Shown here: piece by piece, positions 25,042-36,774 of the stretch
Position numbering within the stretch: position 1 is the stretch's first letter
How the letters are laid out: every line of letters begins with the position of its first letter
Origin: Balanoglossus misakiensis
Lineage: Eukaryota > Animalia > Hemichordata
DNA: 64,000 nucleotides
Direction: 5' to 3'
NCBI GenBank assembly: GCA_040954595.2
Contig: CM082576.2
Coordinates: 8,435,129 to 8,499,128 of the forward strand
Notes under the pieces: generated by a model
The model's input: the letters and a program-made list of their open reading frames with translations, nothing else
Told to the model about the DNA's origin: nothing
Databases searched by the model: none
Position numbers and translations under genes: made by a program

Positions 25042-28000
25042 CTGTAAACGTGGACAAGAAAAAAAGAAAACGACTTTAGGGTTTTGACACTTAGCTGATT
25101 GCGACGTGAGGGAAGACATGGTACAAGAAATAAAAATAACCTATGCGCTGCCGTGGATTTCAATTAGGTCTGCACGGCGCAACACAGCCCCTGCGTGCCG
25201 CACAACATTGCACCGTGGAGGTATACCCCGGGCGCCGAGATTACCAGCGGAGAGCTCCCTTTATATCGAGATTAATAATTGAATTTAATTCCGTTGAAAT
25301 GGTAGCCAGCGTATGAAACGGGGTTCATCTCATATCTGTCTTTTGTTATTACTAATTGATTACCTAGTGAAACAGTGGACCGAACTCTGTCACTTGGGGG
25401 AAGAAAGGTGAGCAAATCCGCGGATGAAAAAAAGAAGAAAAATACGAATTTCGAATAATGACTTGAGTCTTGATACAGCGAGGAAAGGGTCAAACGCCCT
25501 TATGTCGGAATTCTGTCGATTAAACGGGTACAGGCATTTTTTGTTTGTTTCCCTTTCATCTGCGGAACCACGCCCGTCAATCACGGTTCAACCTGTTGAT
25601 ATTCGGTCGGATGATAATATAATACAATAAAGTCGGCAAATGGTTATTCAATTTTTAGCTTAAGTGGCCATTTTCCAGCGACCAGGAAATCAAACGGCAA
25701 TAGGAGGCGAAATGTAGCCGGGGTTCCCTGGGGGGACTCCGATTGGAAGTTTACAAACACATTTTCATTATTTCCCCGGGGATGCCTGAATTAGACTCCG
25801 CTCACAGGGAGAAAAAAATCACTCCATTTCACATAACCCGCAAATTACTCCGGAGAAATTTCTCCGTATAAATGTTGAGTTATTCGAGCAAGAAAGAGCA
25901 AAAACCCGGTGACATCTCGAATAAAATCGACGATTTAAAAAATCATACGTCGAGCAGGAATCTTTAAAAAGTAAAACAAACAAATTATCCTGAACATATT
26001 GCCGTTATTTCATAAAACCATATATTAATAATCGGATATTGGACAGTGAAATTATCTCATAAAATAATAAGCTGTGCTTCGCATGAGACGGAATGCGGGA
26101 CTATTCCGTTGCTCACGTTCGAGTTTGTCATTTCGCGACCAGTTTTACGTTTCATTATCATTTCTTAGTTTTTCTTTCCTTTTTCATGGCACGTGATGCA
26201 CACCGTTGCCAACAGGCATGTTTACATGTTTGGTCACCGTGTTTGAACTCGACAAGGCGCTCGTTGTTGTCTTTACTCCTCACCATTGCCTGAAGCTGGC
26301 CACTGACTTTTTTTTCTAGAAAATCGCTCCAATGGTTCAACCCTCCTTCATTATTAAATCAACTGGTCCTTTCTTTCTTTCTGTCTTTTTTTCTAAACAA
26401 AAAAAATCGCGGAAGAGAGATTAAGTTTTGAGGGAAAACGATGCGGTAAGCGACACCAATTAGCAAAGTGCTACACCCCAATATGCTCGATCGTGTTTCG
26501 GCGCATTCCCGTAGTCTAAGGTTCCCTGTAGCTCAGTTCGTTTGTTTTTTTTGAAGAACATCTCCAACGTGAAAAAAATGTAATTACGTGTTTTCGCATC
26601 ACGCAAAAGGAAATTTCGTCTGAAGATCTCGATTCATCGGAGAAAATGTCCACTACAAGTCAGTGGAACCGTTTGTGAACTACAAGCAGGGGGAACTACC
26701 AACGCAAAAGAATCCAGAACTGAATAGCCCGGAGGTGACTAGGTTACTCACCGCGAGATAAGAGCGCTATATACCCAGAACGTTTTAACCCAGCCGATCG
26801 AGAAGTCTCTTATCTGGGCCACTCTCTGCCGCCCCAGAGTACGTTATTATTGTTATTATTTATAGAAATTCGTTATCATTAAAATAAACCAACGATCATT
26901 GTATAAATGGCGCGGATTTGAGTGATCCGCTGTTGAAAAAATAAAGAGTGTCTGTAACACACAAATCGCATAATCTAGCGTGGCGAGAAAATCATTTGGT
27001 GTCCATTCTTCTTATACGGGGCTGATCCCGGCAAATAGGCTTAGAGTAGTTTGGATACAGGCTCTCTTAGGGCCTCCTTACAACAGATTTGGTCAGTCGC
27101 CCTGCGAGGCATGGATACGCTTCTGTGTTTGTACACTTCGTCGTTTTTTTTAAACGCGCCGTGTAGAAAATAAAAGTCGCGGTCTGCGATCACTGGTTTA
27201 AACGTTAAAAGAAAAGATAAACATGGCAGGCTAGATCCCCACGAAAGCTGTGAACAGACCTGCCATTTCAAAGGAGGGAAAATGATGATTAACGACTCGG
27301 TGGGCCAGTGTTTACATTTTTGATGTCATCGAAGTACACATGTTATCACTATTAAGATGATTTCGGCGTTTGCAAATCTGTTGATATATCTGTTTCACCC
27401 GTCACCGTATTTGCGCTACTGTATACTCTTTAAAAAACTCACACTGGAGTTTTAATCTCGACATGGCGACAGAGTAGATAGTCCCCTCCCCCTCCCAACT
27501 AGCCGTGCAACGCGTTGGGTTCTTGCTGATTTTGCGGGGTGGGGAATTCTCACACTTTCACGGGCAATATTTATTGTTTCTGATCCGAGGGTCGCCGAGG
27601 CGCTATTTTTAGTCACGCGCCGAGGATCTTTAACCACGGAAATCCCACAAGCATGCGCAACGTAAATCCCGCGATTATTACCTGTTCACCAAATATAAAC
27701 TTTCTGCCATCCGTTTCGTCTTCTGATTAAAAAAAAATAATAAGACTGACTGATTTCGTCACTTCTTGAAAATCAGAGTACATAGCGCCAGCAACGTTAC
27801 AGTGGCGCATTCAACACGCGGCAATGGCGATCGGTATCTTAAATAACGCGCTTTTGTGGTCTGTCTTTCGGGGGGAGAAAAATGCCCTCCACAGAAAATT
27901 GTCTACACGTGTTTTCAGTCATATCGGTTATCAAAATGCTAGAGATTAAAGTCTTACGTGCAATGACCAGCTAAGATATTTTTTTCTGTTTGATTAAGAG

Positions 28001-29501
28001 GCACAGCCTGTCGAGTTTGGTTTGTTCTCTGTTATCGATTAACCGACGGTGGGCATAACACAGACTTTATACAAAATGAACGAATGAGTTCGGCTGCTTT
28101 TCGTTACTTTTTTAGGGGGGCGTATGGAGATACAAAATACCGGCCCCGTTTCGTTACTTTTGTCGGCCAGCGAAGCAAAGCTTAACTCGTGCGCGGGAAG
28201 TGTGCTGCGCGAACGTGCTTTAAAGTTTCAGTCTCTGGAGGGTGTTGCGTCCTTGTCATAAGGAGAATCTCAGAACGAGATGTCCGATTGGGCAAGCAAG
28301 AGAGCCCCATGCACAAACGCGACTGCTGCTACCTGTTGGATCATTGGTGATTATAAATGCACGGAACCATCGGTTCGGTCCCCGCTTCAACCCCCAGCAC
28401 CACAGCTAGTAATTTGGTGACCCATCCTTTCAAGTAACACAGTTTCCCCCCTGTATTAAAGAACTTCTGGAAACGCCCAGTTTTTGTCTTTTTGTTCTTG
28501 ACCATTTGCTCATGAAGGCGCGCATCAGAAGGGAGGGCGTTTTACTTATATTCGTCACAATAGTGATGGCCATTCTGCATACGCTTTCAAGACAACGAGA
28601 TGGTCCCTTTTTGTGTTTGTGTAATTATAAACGGAAGATGACGAGTCGGCATTCACCGTCAGAAGATGCCGGGGAAATAACGAACGGCGCCGGAAAAAAT
28701 AAGACGAGAAAGTCGAACGAGCAGCGCCTTTTCGATCCCCTCGTTGTGTATTCGGTAATAAACTGCCGTCAATTCGCGGAGCAAATGATCGACATATATG
28801 AAAGAATTCAGCAAAATTGACACGTCTAAACAATCGAGCCCCTATTATTCAGTTTGGGGCGGCGTCCAGAACAATCGTGGGCTCAAAAGGTACTCTGGAA
28901 CAATGCTTTTTATGACTCAAAGTTGCGGTTTGAACAGTCGTAAACAAATCAATCGATAGTCCCATATACATGCACTTGCTCCATTCCCGTAAAGACTAGC
29001 TTTTCAGAGTCTTTTTGTCCCTCGCGTTGTAACGTTGGGTAACTTTTGTCAATGGGCCCCCGTTAGACATGACTGCTTTTCCTGGGCCCGATGAAACGCG
29101 GGGCTCCCAAAGATACGCCAAACACAAACCACAAAAAGACGTCAGCCTGGCTTTTCGCGGGCTGGCGACCATGAGCAGACGATACAGAACGACCCAAAAT
29201 CAATAATTCTAATTGCGAAAACGATTTTCGGTGAGACACATACAGAACGCTAACAAAGGGAACCCGGCTTGGCATGGGAACCCGCTATTTTCCGAGAATC
29301 TTGTCCGCGATTACTGCTATGTGCTTGATAACCATAGAGTTGAATAGAAGCAGGCAGTGCACCGCTCGAAATGGCGTGTGCAACAGCACAGCTGACTGTA
29401 CAACGAAATTATGAGGCAACGGCGATAAACACACCGTTCGTTGTTAAACACAGAAAAAATAGAAGTAAGAAAAATTGGTAGCCTACTGTTAAGGATGGTA
29501 C
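25042..29501 (-). other. otx: Otx intron between coding exons 1 and 2 (phase 1, 4460 nt)
   Basis: GT..AG boundaries preserving the reading frame. Confidence 0.88.
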
Positions 29502-29616
29502 CTTGGTACATGGCGGGATGCTGGCCGAGTTCCACTGCGTTTGGAGACGCCAGACTGATGCCGTTGACGCTGTACGGTACGGGCCCCTTCATGTGGGGGA
29601 GAGGATAGGCCATCAT
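29502..29616 (-). CDS. otx: Otx coding exon 1 (MMAYPLPHMKGPVPYSVNGISLASPNAVELGQHPAMYQ + first nt of Gly)
   Basis: ATGATG at 29616-29611. PYSVNG-SL motif resembles the Otx N-terminus (vertebrate Otx2 PPYAVNGLSL). Phase-1 donor AAG|gtacca (gt at 29501-29500) joins in frame to exon 2 (G+GT=Gly). Confidence 0.9.
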
Positions 29617-29827
29617 CGGGAATAATCACACGGGGGGACGAACCCAACACAAACGGCGATGGCGATCAATACAGACAGTGGGCGAATCGATCCACTTTCC
29701 GAGTTGGCAACTTCACGCTTGGCAACAAAAAAAGGATGTGTCTGTTTTTCGGCGTGTTATGTACCGCTGTGTTGTCGATGAGGTGGTTAATGCGCAGCCC
29801 GTAGGTTTGGCTTATCGACGGATTCAC
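29617..29827 (-). other. otx: 5' UTR portion of the ATG-containing exon
   Basis: Acceptor with branch-like ctaac and pyrimidine tract (ttctaactttccattcgcag|GTG, AG at 29829-29828). No upstream ATG in these 211 nt. Confidence 0.7.
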
Positions 29828-29962
29828 CTGCGAATGGAAAGTTAGAAGACATGGGAATTACTATAGTGTGTTCATTACGCACTGGTCATTATGGACGAAC
29901 ATATGAATATGTACCAACCACAAGAGAGATGGTGTCCCGCGCCAAACGCGACCAGAACTTAC

Positions 29963-30200
29963 TTTTTCACGACGGGGAAACCGCACGCGGCAAGGGTCCG
30001 GCAAGTATGGCGGAGACGGAGGCGAAACTAGCGATCGGGCTGCCGGAGCGGATATTACTGCGAGGCGGACGAGGGGGAGTAATTACAGCCACCTGCTGTG
30101 TGTAACGTTTGACGACATTGGTGGCAGTGTGTTGTCGGGATGATTCAACTACCGTGAGTGAGTCCTGTGTGTGCTTTACGTGTTACATTCAACCCCATAC
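29963..30200 (-). other. otx: Candidate proximal non-coding first exon of Otx
   Basis: Consensus donor AAA|gtaagt (gt at 29962-29961) defines a 135-nt intron to the 29828 acceptor. GC-rich body directly downstream of the CCAAT/CRE cluster. 5' end approximate. Confidence 0.55.
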
Positions 30201-30330
30201 ACAGGAACTGTCAGTTTACGTCACATGTCAAAGTTCGCAGCCAATCAGTGGTCAGCTTGGGTTTACAATGCGCCGCATTGTGCAAACCCCCTCTTTCACA
30301 GTCAGTGATCATTGACGTACTCAATGGCAC
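30200..30330 (-). promoter_or_regulatory. Candidate proximal Otx promoter
   Basis: NF-Y-type AGCCAATCAG (CCAAT 30241-30245), CRE/ATF-like TACGTCA 30217-30223 and TGACGTA 30313-30319, E-box CACATG 30222-30227. No clear TATA. Confidence 0.5.
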
Positions 30331-33300
30331 CATAGTGAGGCTTCCCTTACTCCAGAATATACCCATCAGATAATTTGCCACAATTACTCGCTTTCTCTCT
30401 CATTTTCCACAGATAATGCCCCCATTCGCTGAAACCCTGTACCGACTGCGGTTTTCCAAATAAAAACAACGATGACAATGAATTCTTTTCTTCGTTCGTG
30501 TAGTCAAGTGTCAAGCATGCCCCCAAAAAGTTATAAAGTTGACTTATAAAGTGGTATGGATTCAACAAATATACTCTTTATGCTTTATTTATCGCGTTAC
30601 ATATAAAGCAGGGCTTTGCAACGCGGAGTGCGTTGGTGTCTGCATTCAGGGAACTCTGTTTGCACCATAGGCCTTACTGAGAGATCGTCACGCGAATCTC
30701 TTGGAACTTTTCCCAACGACTACAGTTTTTAACAAACATTCCCGCCGAAGAAGAGCCCTGTATTTCCAGATCTCTCCGCTAGACTTCTATCTCTATCGAA
30801 CCTTTCTGTCCGAGAAATATGACCATACGCGCATTTTAGGGGGTAACATCATTGGAAGAGAGACATTCTATTCTCTCGGCCAGGCAACGTGTTCCTCTTT
30901 CGTTCATCTGTCATGCCAGAGGCGTTAACTATTTGGGCGGGGAAACGGGGAGGTGGAACTAAACACTAATTAGACAGGAAGCCCAACAGGCCATATCTGT
31001 TTGAATCAACAGACCTCTAATGTGTTTTCTTTTTTTTTCAAACAAGTTAAACAGTCAGGAATTTGCAAACGGGTATTCTAACTCCAGTTTGATTTTTTTT
31101 GGTGGGGAGGGGAGGGGTGCTGTGTGTTGTGGTAGTGTTGATTACCGAGTTCCTTTCATTACGGTAGTCTCGCGTTACCCGATGTTGTCCTTGGTCAGGA
31201 CGTTCTACCATTAGACGGGCACCGCTCCTGAAGACAGACAGTTGACGGGGGGGGGGATATCGCAGGCGCAGCTTGACGAGTTTTTGATTTTTTGGGGTTT
31301 GTTTGCTGTTGTGTGCATACAAAGGCCACGTTAACATTTGTTAACATTTGTTTGGGGTGTCAATTGGCACTAGGCGCAAATCACATGACAAGGCAGTTCA
31401 CACTGATAACAAGTGGCGTTCTAAGAGCAGGAAATATGCCAGGCTGGCAAAATTTTACTCTGATTTATTCAAATTTGATAAACCCGTGTGGTTCATCCTC
31501 CCGGGGACAGCGCCATACACTTCAACATCCGCAGAAAAAAGTAAAAATCTATCATTCGGTGTTCCGAGACAGGGGTACAACTTATTAATTATAAATCTCT
31601 CCGGAAAGGAACATAGTCGGCCAATATTTAAAAAATAAATAATAATAAGTGATTTTGACTTTAAATCAAATAGTATTCTAGTATCAAGCACCCCACATTA
31701 AATGCAACGAACATAAGTTGCGAGGAAATAATTGCCCTGTTTTGATTTGTGAGCGCGAAATTCAAGAATCGATTTCCTCAGCTAGTGCTTCATGTGTGAC
31801 AAAGTTATGCTCTAACCACTCAGGCGATGAATGCTGCGTGTAATTATGACGATTTCCGTCTCATCAACTGATTTCCCCTGGTAAAGCGGACACAATCGCC
31901 GCTCCGTTTTGTTTCGCTCAGTTGCCCATGCTCGCCCCGCCGTGAAGCAAATCGCCTCACTGACTTATAATAAAATTTCATCGGTGGTAATTATGTCTTT
32001 ATAGCCTTCAAATTAATTACAAAACCATATCTATAATGGGAAGTGTGTTTTCCCCCAGACTGGTTAAAGTCACTGGGGACAGGTCGGACGCTGGTTAGAT
32101 TATTTTCTTTTTCAGATTTACCATCCTGGATGTTCATTTCGTATAAAAAAAACACGGGGTGGGGATTTTGTGTTTGATTTGAGTTATGATGATGGAAATT
32201 GCATTACAGACGTGACACATATTTGAAAAGTGCTTGGTAACAATTCAATTACGGTTATTATTGATATCATCACACAATTATGATAATACCTAATGTAATA
32301 ATGTGACGCACTTTAATATTTCTTTTGTGTGAACTCCCCCCGCCGGTGGGAGCGTCCACGGGAAAGCGGTTACCATTGGAAACGACGCAGGGGTATATTC
32401 GCAACGTATATACGACAACAGAAATATTGGCATCTTTGTTTTTCGGTTGATTGACTCGGGTTGAACCTCGATCCCCGATTTAGTCAAAATGAAAACCTCA
32501 CGAACAATGAAGAAGACAGATTCGGAATTGAAAGAGGTACATTTCACTAAAAAGGAAACGTACACAAAGAGTGAGGGGGGCATTAGATGGGACTTTATTT
32601 GACCAGTAATTTTGCGTTTGAAAGGCCATGATCTCTTTGACCAGCCCTGTCTCCTTAAAAGCCTTCCCGTGTTTTCGGGGGAGAGGGCTAAAGCATTCTT
32701 CCGGTGAAAAGCGCCGGGACAGTGGTGTGACAGCGCGCTTTTCTCCCACTTAGAATCGCTAGGTGTGAAAAATAAATTGCTCACAAGTGCTGCCACCGCT
32801 CCCCGGCAAATTGAATGGCCGGTGAGCATCTTCTCGCTAACTGCGTGGAGTGCCCTTCTGCGGGACGGCGGCGCAACACTCTCCGACAGGATGGACACTT
32901 TCTGCCTTCGCCGACAGAAGAAAGCGCGCGCACGCTTTTCATCAATCGTGAAATTAATTCACCTGCTCAAATCGCAATATGTGCTTCTAAACAGCCACTG
33001 CCGAATGGAATTATGACGGGATAAAAAAAATGAACAAGCAGTGGGCATATTTCTGCTCACTAACTCATCGGAATAACCTTCTGTCACCACCTTTGACGAA
33101 TAAGGTGCCACGGTTTTTATTGTTCGGTCCTCAACCGCACCGACACAGCCATGATGCCGTGAGATCTTGCGGAGATTAGAATCAAGACTACATATCTACG
33201 CCATCTTGTACCGCCACACGGGGCGTCCTCTGAAACCTCCGCAGTGCAGCGTCGGATAATCGGTCGAGGTAAACACTGCCATTGTAAGGTATTCGAGAAG

Positions 33301-36300
33301 AGAGAGAGGGGAGATTTTCCAGGGAAATGGACCGTGCAATTTGCGCATTTATGGTATCTCTTTACACAGTTTTTCAAATCCGTGTTAAAGAAAAAAACGC
33401 GTCATCCTTGCGTGTAGGCCACAGTCCGCGGCATACAGCGTGCCATATTGCGACCAAATGTGCTACGCTTCTGACTGCGGGTTCTCGCCCCGGGGGTTTA
33501 GGATGATAATATGCTGGAATCACGAGGAGATCTGCTTTGCATGAGATGCTTGGAATATTACGGCACCTTGTAAGCTTTAAAACGAGCAGAAATTCGTCGA
33601 CTGGCCTACATTTCGTTCGATACGGTTTAGCTACAAATCCCTACTTTAAGCCGTATCCTTTTAGCAAAGATAAAGGCTCGCTCCTATAATTGATGTCAAA
33701 ACTTCGATCTATTTTCAGCGGGTGTTCCCCTGACCGTCAAATCCCCAATAGGCAACTTGCAGCGCGTTCAAACTCCAACCTCCATCAACCACAGCCGTTA
33801 CCCCCATCACTGCGAAGCCGTGCCGTCTATTTTCAATATTTGCCTCTCCGTACAGGTTTCGCTTACAATAGTTCAACAATGCCGAGCGCTCAACGAGCCC
33901 GCTGCGTTGCAGAACATGTGTCCGGTCGCCCCTGACAACCGTTTATGTCGGAGCTGTTAAAACTAATAAAGTATTGCGCTCACGAGAATGTAAACGTCGT
34001 GTTGTGCTCATTTTTACAAAGCGGGGCAGCATTGAGAATTTTATAGAACGAAATCTCCGTTTCTGGGACCGGGGACAGTGTTCGACCCCACTCGAGTCAG
34101 AAAAGTGGAGGTCGCCTAAAATGGAGACATTGTATTCCCCCCTACTTCAAACTATTCATCGCCGAGGTCAAATTTTTTCGACAAAATGGCGATAACATTG
34201 TTGCTGCGTTCTCGTTATGGTTTGTCCGCGTGTATCTCCCTTGATCTGATGAAATGGACAATAGAGAAGAATTCATGTCGGTTTCTAGTAGAAATCCATC
34301 CGCCCTAATCACACTCGGGACAAAATTCCACCTTCCCTTCAAACTATAAGTCGCTTCCGCTAGGTCACTACCCTTCTCGTCTGGTTCCCGGCAAACGCCA
34401 GTCTGCGTGTATACACCGGAATATTAATTCTAATAACACCCCGCTGCCGTGTAAACCCTAACGTTTTTTTTTCTGTCTCTCTCTCTTCTCATTTTTGTTA
34501 CAGAACAGATTGGGTCGAAGACAACGATTTTTCGTCTGCGTGCGTGAGTTTGTTTGAAAACTGATTGGAGGGACGTGAATGGATGTCTAACAATGACATG
34601 AGAAAATGGCACAGCTGTTTGCGCGGGAAGTAGCCGGTCTAATAGAGAGAAAAACCCACCCCGTCTGTTGCAGCATAGAACAATATCACTAGAAAAAACA
34701 TTATGCTTTATACACATATGCGCCAATTAAACGTATCTCGCCTAGTTGATACTCTTTCGACGAGTCCATTATTATCCCATTAATCTAGCCGAGCTTAGAC
34801 ACTTCAACGCATCAAATTCAACAAATACATCGAAATAGTCAATATTATGACTTGTGCAGACGTGTGTCCTTTTTTGATCGGATCTGGTGAAATTTGCGCC
34901 GAGTCGTTTCATTCTCCCGGTGTGTTGGCATTGTGAACACGTCAGCCCAAACAGACCTTTTGCGGATAGTCGAGTATCGTTTATTTATCCACATACGTTT
35001 TGTTTATTTGTCTATTTGATGAGTTGTAAGTGCATGTGGCAATAAATAACCCAACATAGAATAAACGTTTTCATACAAATCAGTCACGGTGAAATGCATT
35101 CCCTGTTGCCCGTGTTCATGTTTTCCTTTCCTTTTTTTCCTTTACAAGAAAACGTTAAAACTGGAGAGAGTCCAACGCAAAAAACAAGGCGGTGACTGAT
35201 TGTACGCGTGCATGCGTGCGATTAAGCCGAAAAACAAAGGTCTAAATGAAGAAGAAAACGTTTATTTGGAACATTATTTTGTGCACGCCTCATAAAATTT
35301 CAGATGATACGAGCATAACACGACACTTCACGCTGGCCTTATGAGACATACACATCGCCGGATACAGTTCCATTTTCACGCTGACGGTGCCACAATGGGC
35401 CCAGCCTAAATCACGCCCATCTGGGCATAGAAATTCGTACTCATATCAAAATATAAATTAAATTAAATTAGAGAAGCCCGCTGTTCAATTCAATACGGAG
35501 AGGACAGCGGCTATTGTTGGTGGCCATCTAGCGGGAAGGCTCGTTTGACGTCGCCTGAAAGAGCCGTCCGCCAAAGCAGAAAATTACTTTGGCAATTATC
35601 AATTCGTCGTCGATATTGAGTCAACATGTTCATTATGGATGGATTATTATATTTACAGTGCTGTAATGCACTATCACTTTCTTATCAGTGCCGGCCTTTA
35701 CATAATTGCATAAGCAAAACGCAGCTTGGGGAGTCGCAGGGCTGATTTTACACCGCGGTCCCTTCCACGCAAGTTTCCCGGGAGATAAGAGTGTTAGCAC
35801 TTCACAAGTGTCGGAAACCATCGGGGTCTTTGCAGGTCTTGTCAGGGTCGACCACCACCGAGAATACATTTCTCATGTCAACTGTGCACCACTCCCCCCC
35901 CCCCCACCTTTGCGATTTCTAGTCACCCTACTCTCTCGATTATTTGCCGATACATATGTAGAACACATTGATCACAATGCCAGTATGTACAATATGGCAA
36001 TATTCGATCAACGCATTCCACCAAAACTGTCGTCATAATTCTGGCGATTTTTACTCTGTTCTGGGGATGCCGTTAATGTTACAAGTAAAGCAAACTTCCT
36101 GATACATGGGGGGATTCTACTAAGCGTTTAAAAAATGCGGCGGAATTTTTGATTACAAATGAGATGACGATGAGGCCTTCAGCCGTCGCAACGGAACTGT
36201 GTACCTGTAGAATTTAAACACAGACCTGACTTTCGGATACGCCGCGGCCCTCTTGTAGCCTAATTGGCGCAATGGAAACAACAAATAAATACTGATATCG

Positions 36301-36651
36301 ACACGTTTTTTTACGCAATCGAATTGCCACAGAGGAGTTTCAGCTGACATATCCCGAGGCACAGACCAAACACTGCACAGACCCGGTATGCGTAAATCGA
36401 CTAACACGGGGAAAATATCCGCAACTTTTGACAGCTGGGCGCCATAGGGAAACATAAGCCAATCACTCAGCGTTTGACGTTTCATAAATGTTGCTGTGAG
36501 CCTGAAATCAAACATTGGAAGGGGATAATTGACATTTTCACGAGAATACCTCGCCTCATGTTTACTCCTGACAAAATGATTGCAACACGTGTATCACTAG
36601 GGAAGAAAATGCTATGTTATGTGCCGTACCCACTCACACACACACAACTAA

Positions 36652-36682
<31 letters not shown>

Positions 36683-36688
36683 CTCTCT

Positions 36689-36772
<84 letters not shown>
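36652..36772. repeat. (CT)n dinucleotide microsatellite
   Basis: Direct reading, two TT interruptions. Confidence 0.98.

Positions 36773-36774
<2 letters not shown>

Noticed and set aside
26521-26540. GTTCCCTGTAGCTCAGTTCG resembling a tRNA 5' end/A-box
   Set aside because: No B-box, anticodon arm or acceptor stem follows
29317-29486. C-terminal part of the 99-aa ORF after the exon-1 donors
   Set aside because: Read-through into the intron, no Otx similarity
32290-32898. 202-aa minus-strand ORF
   Set aside because: GTG start, no recognisable motif, composition looks non-coding
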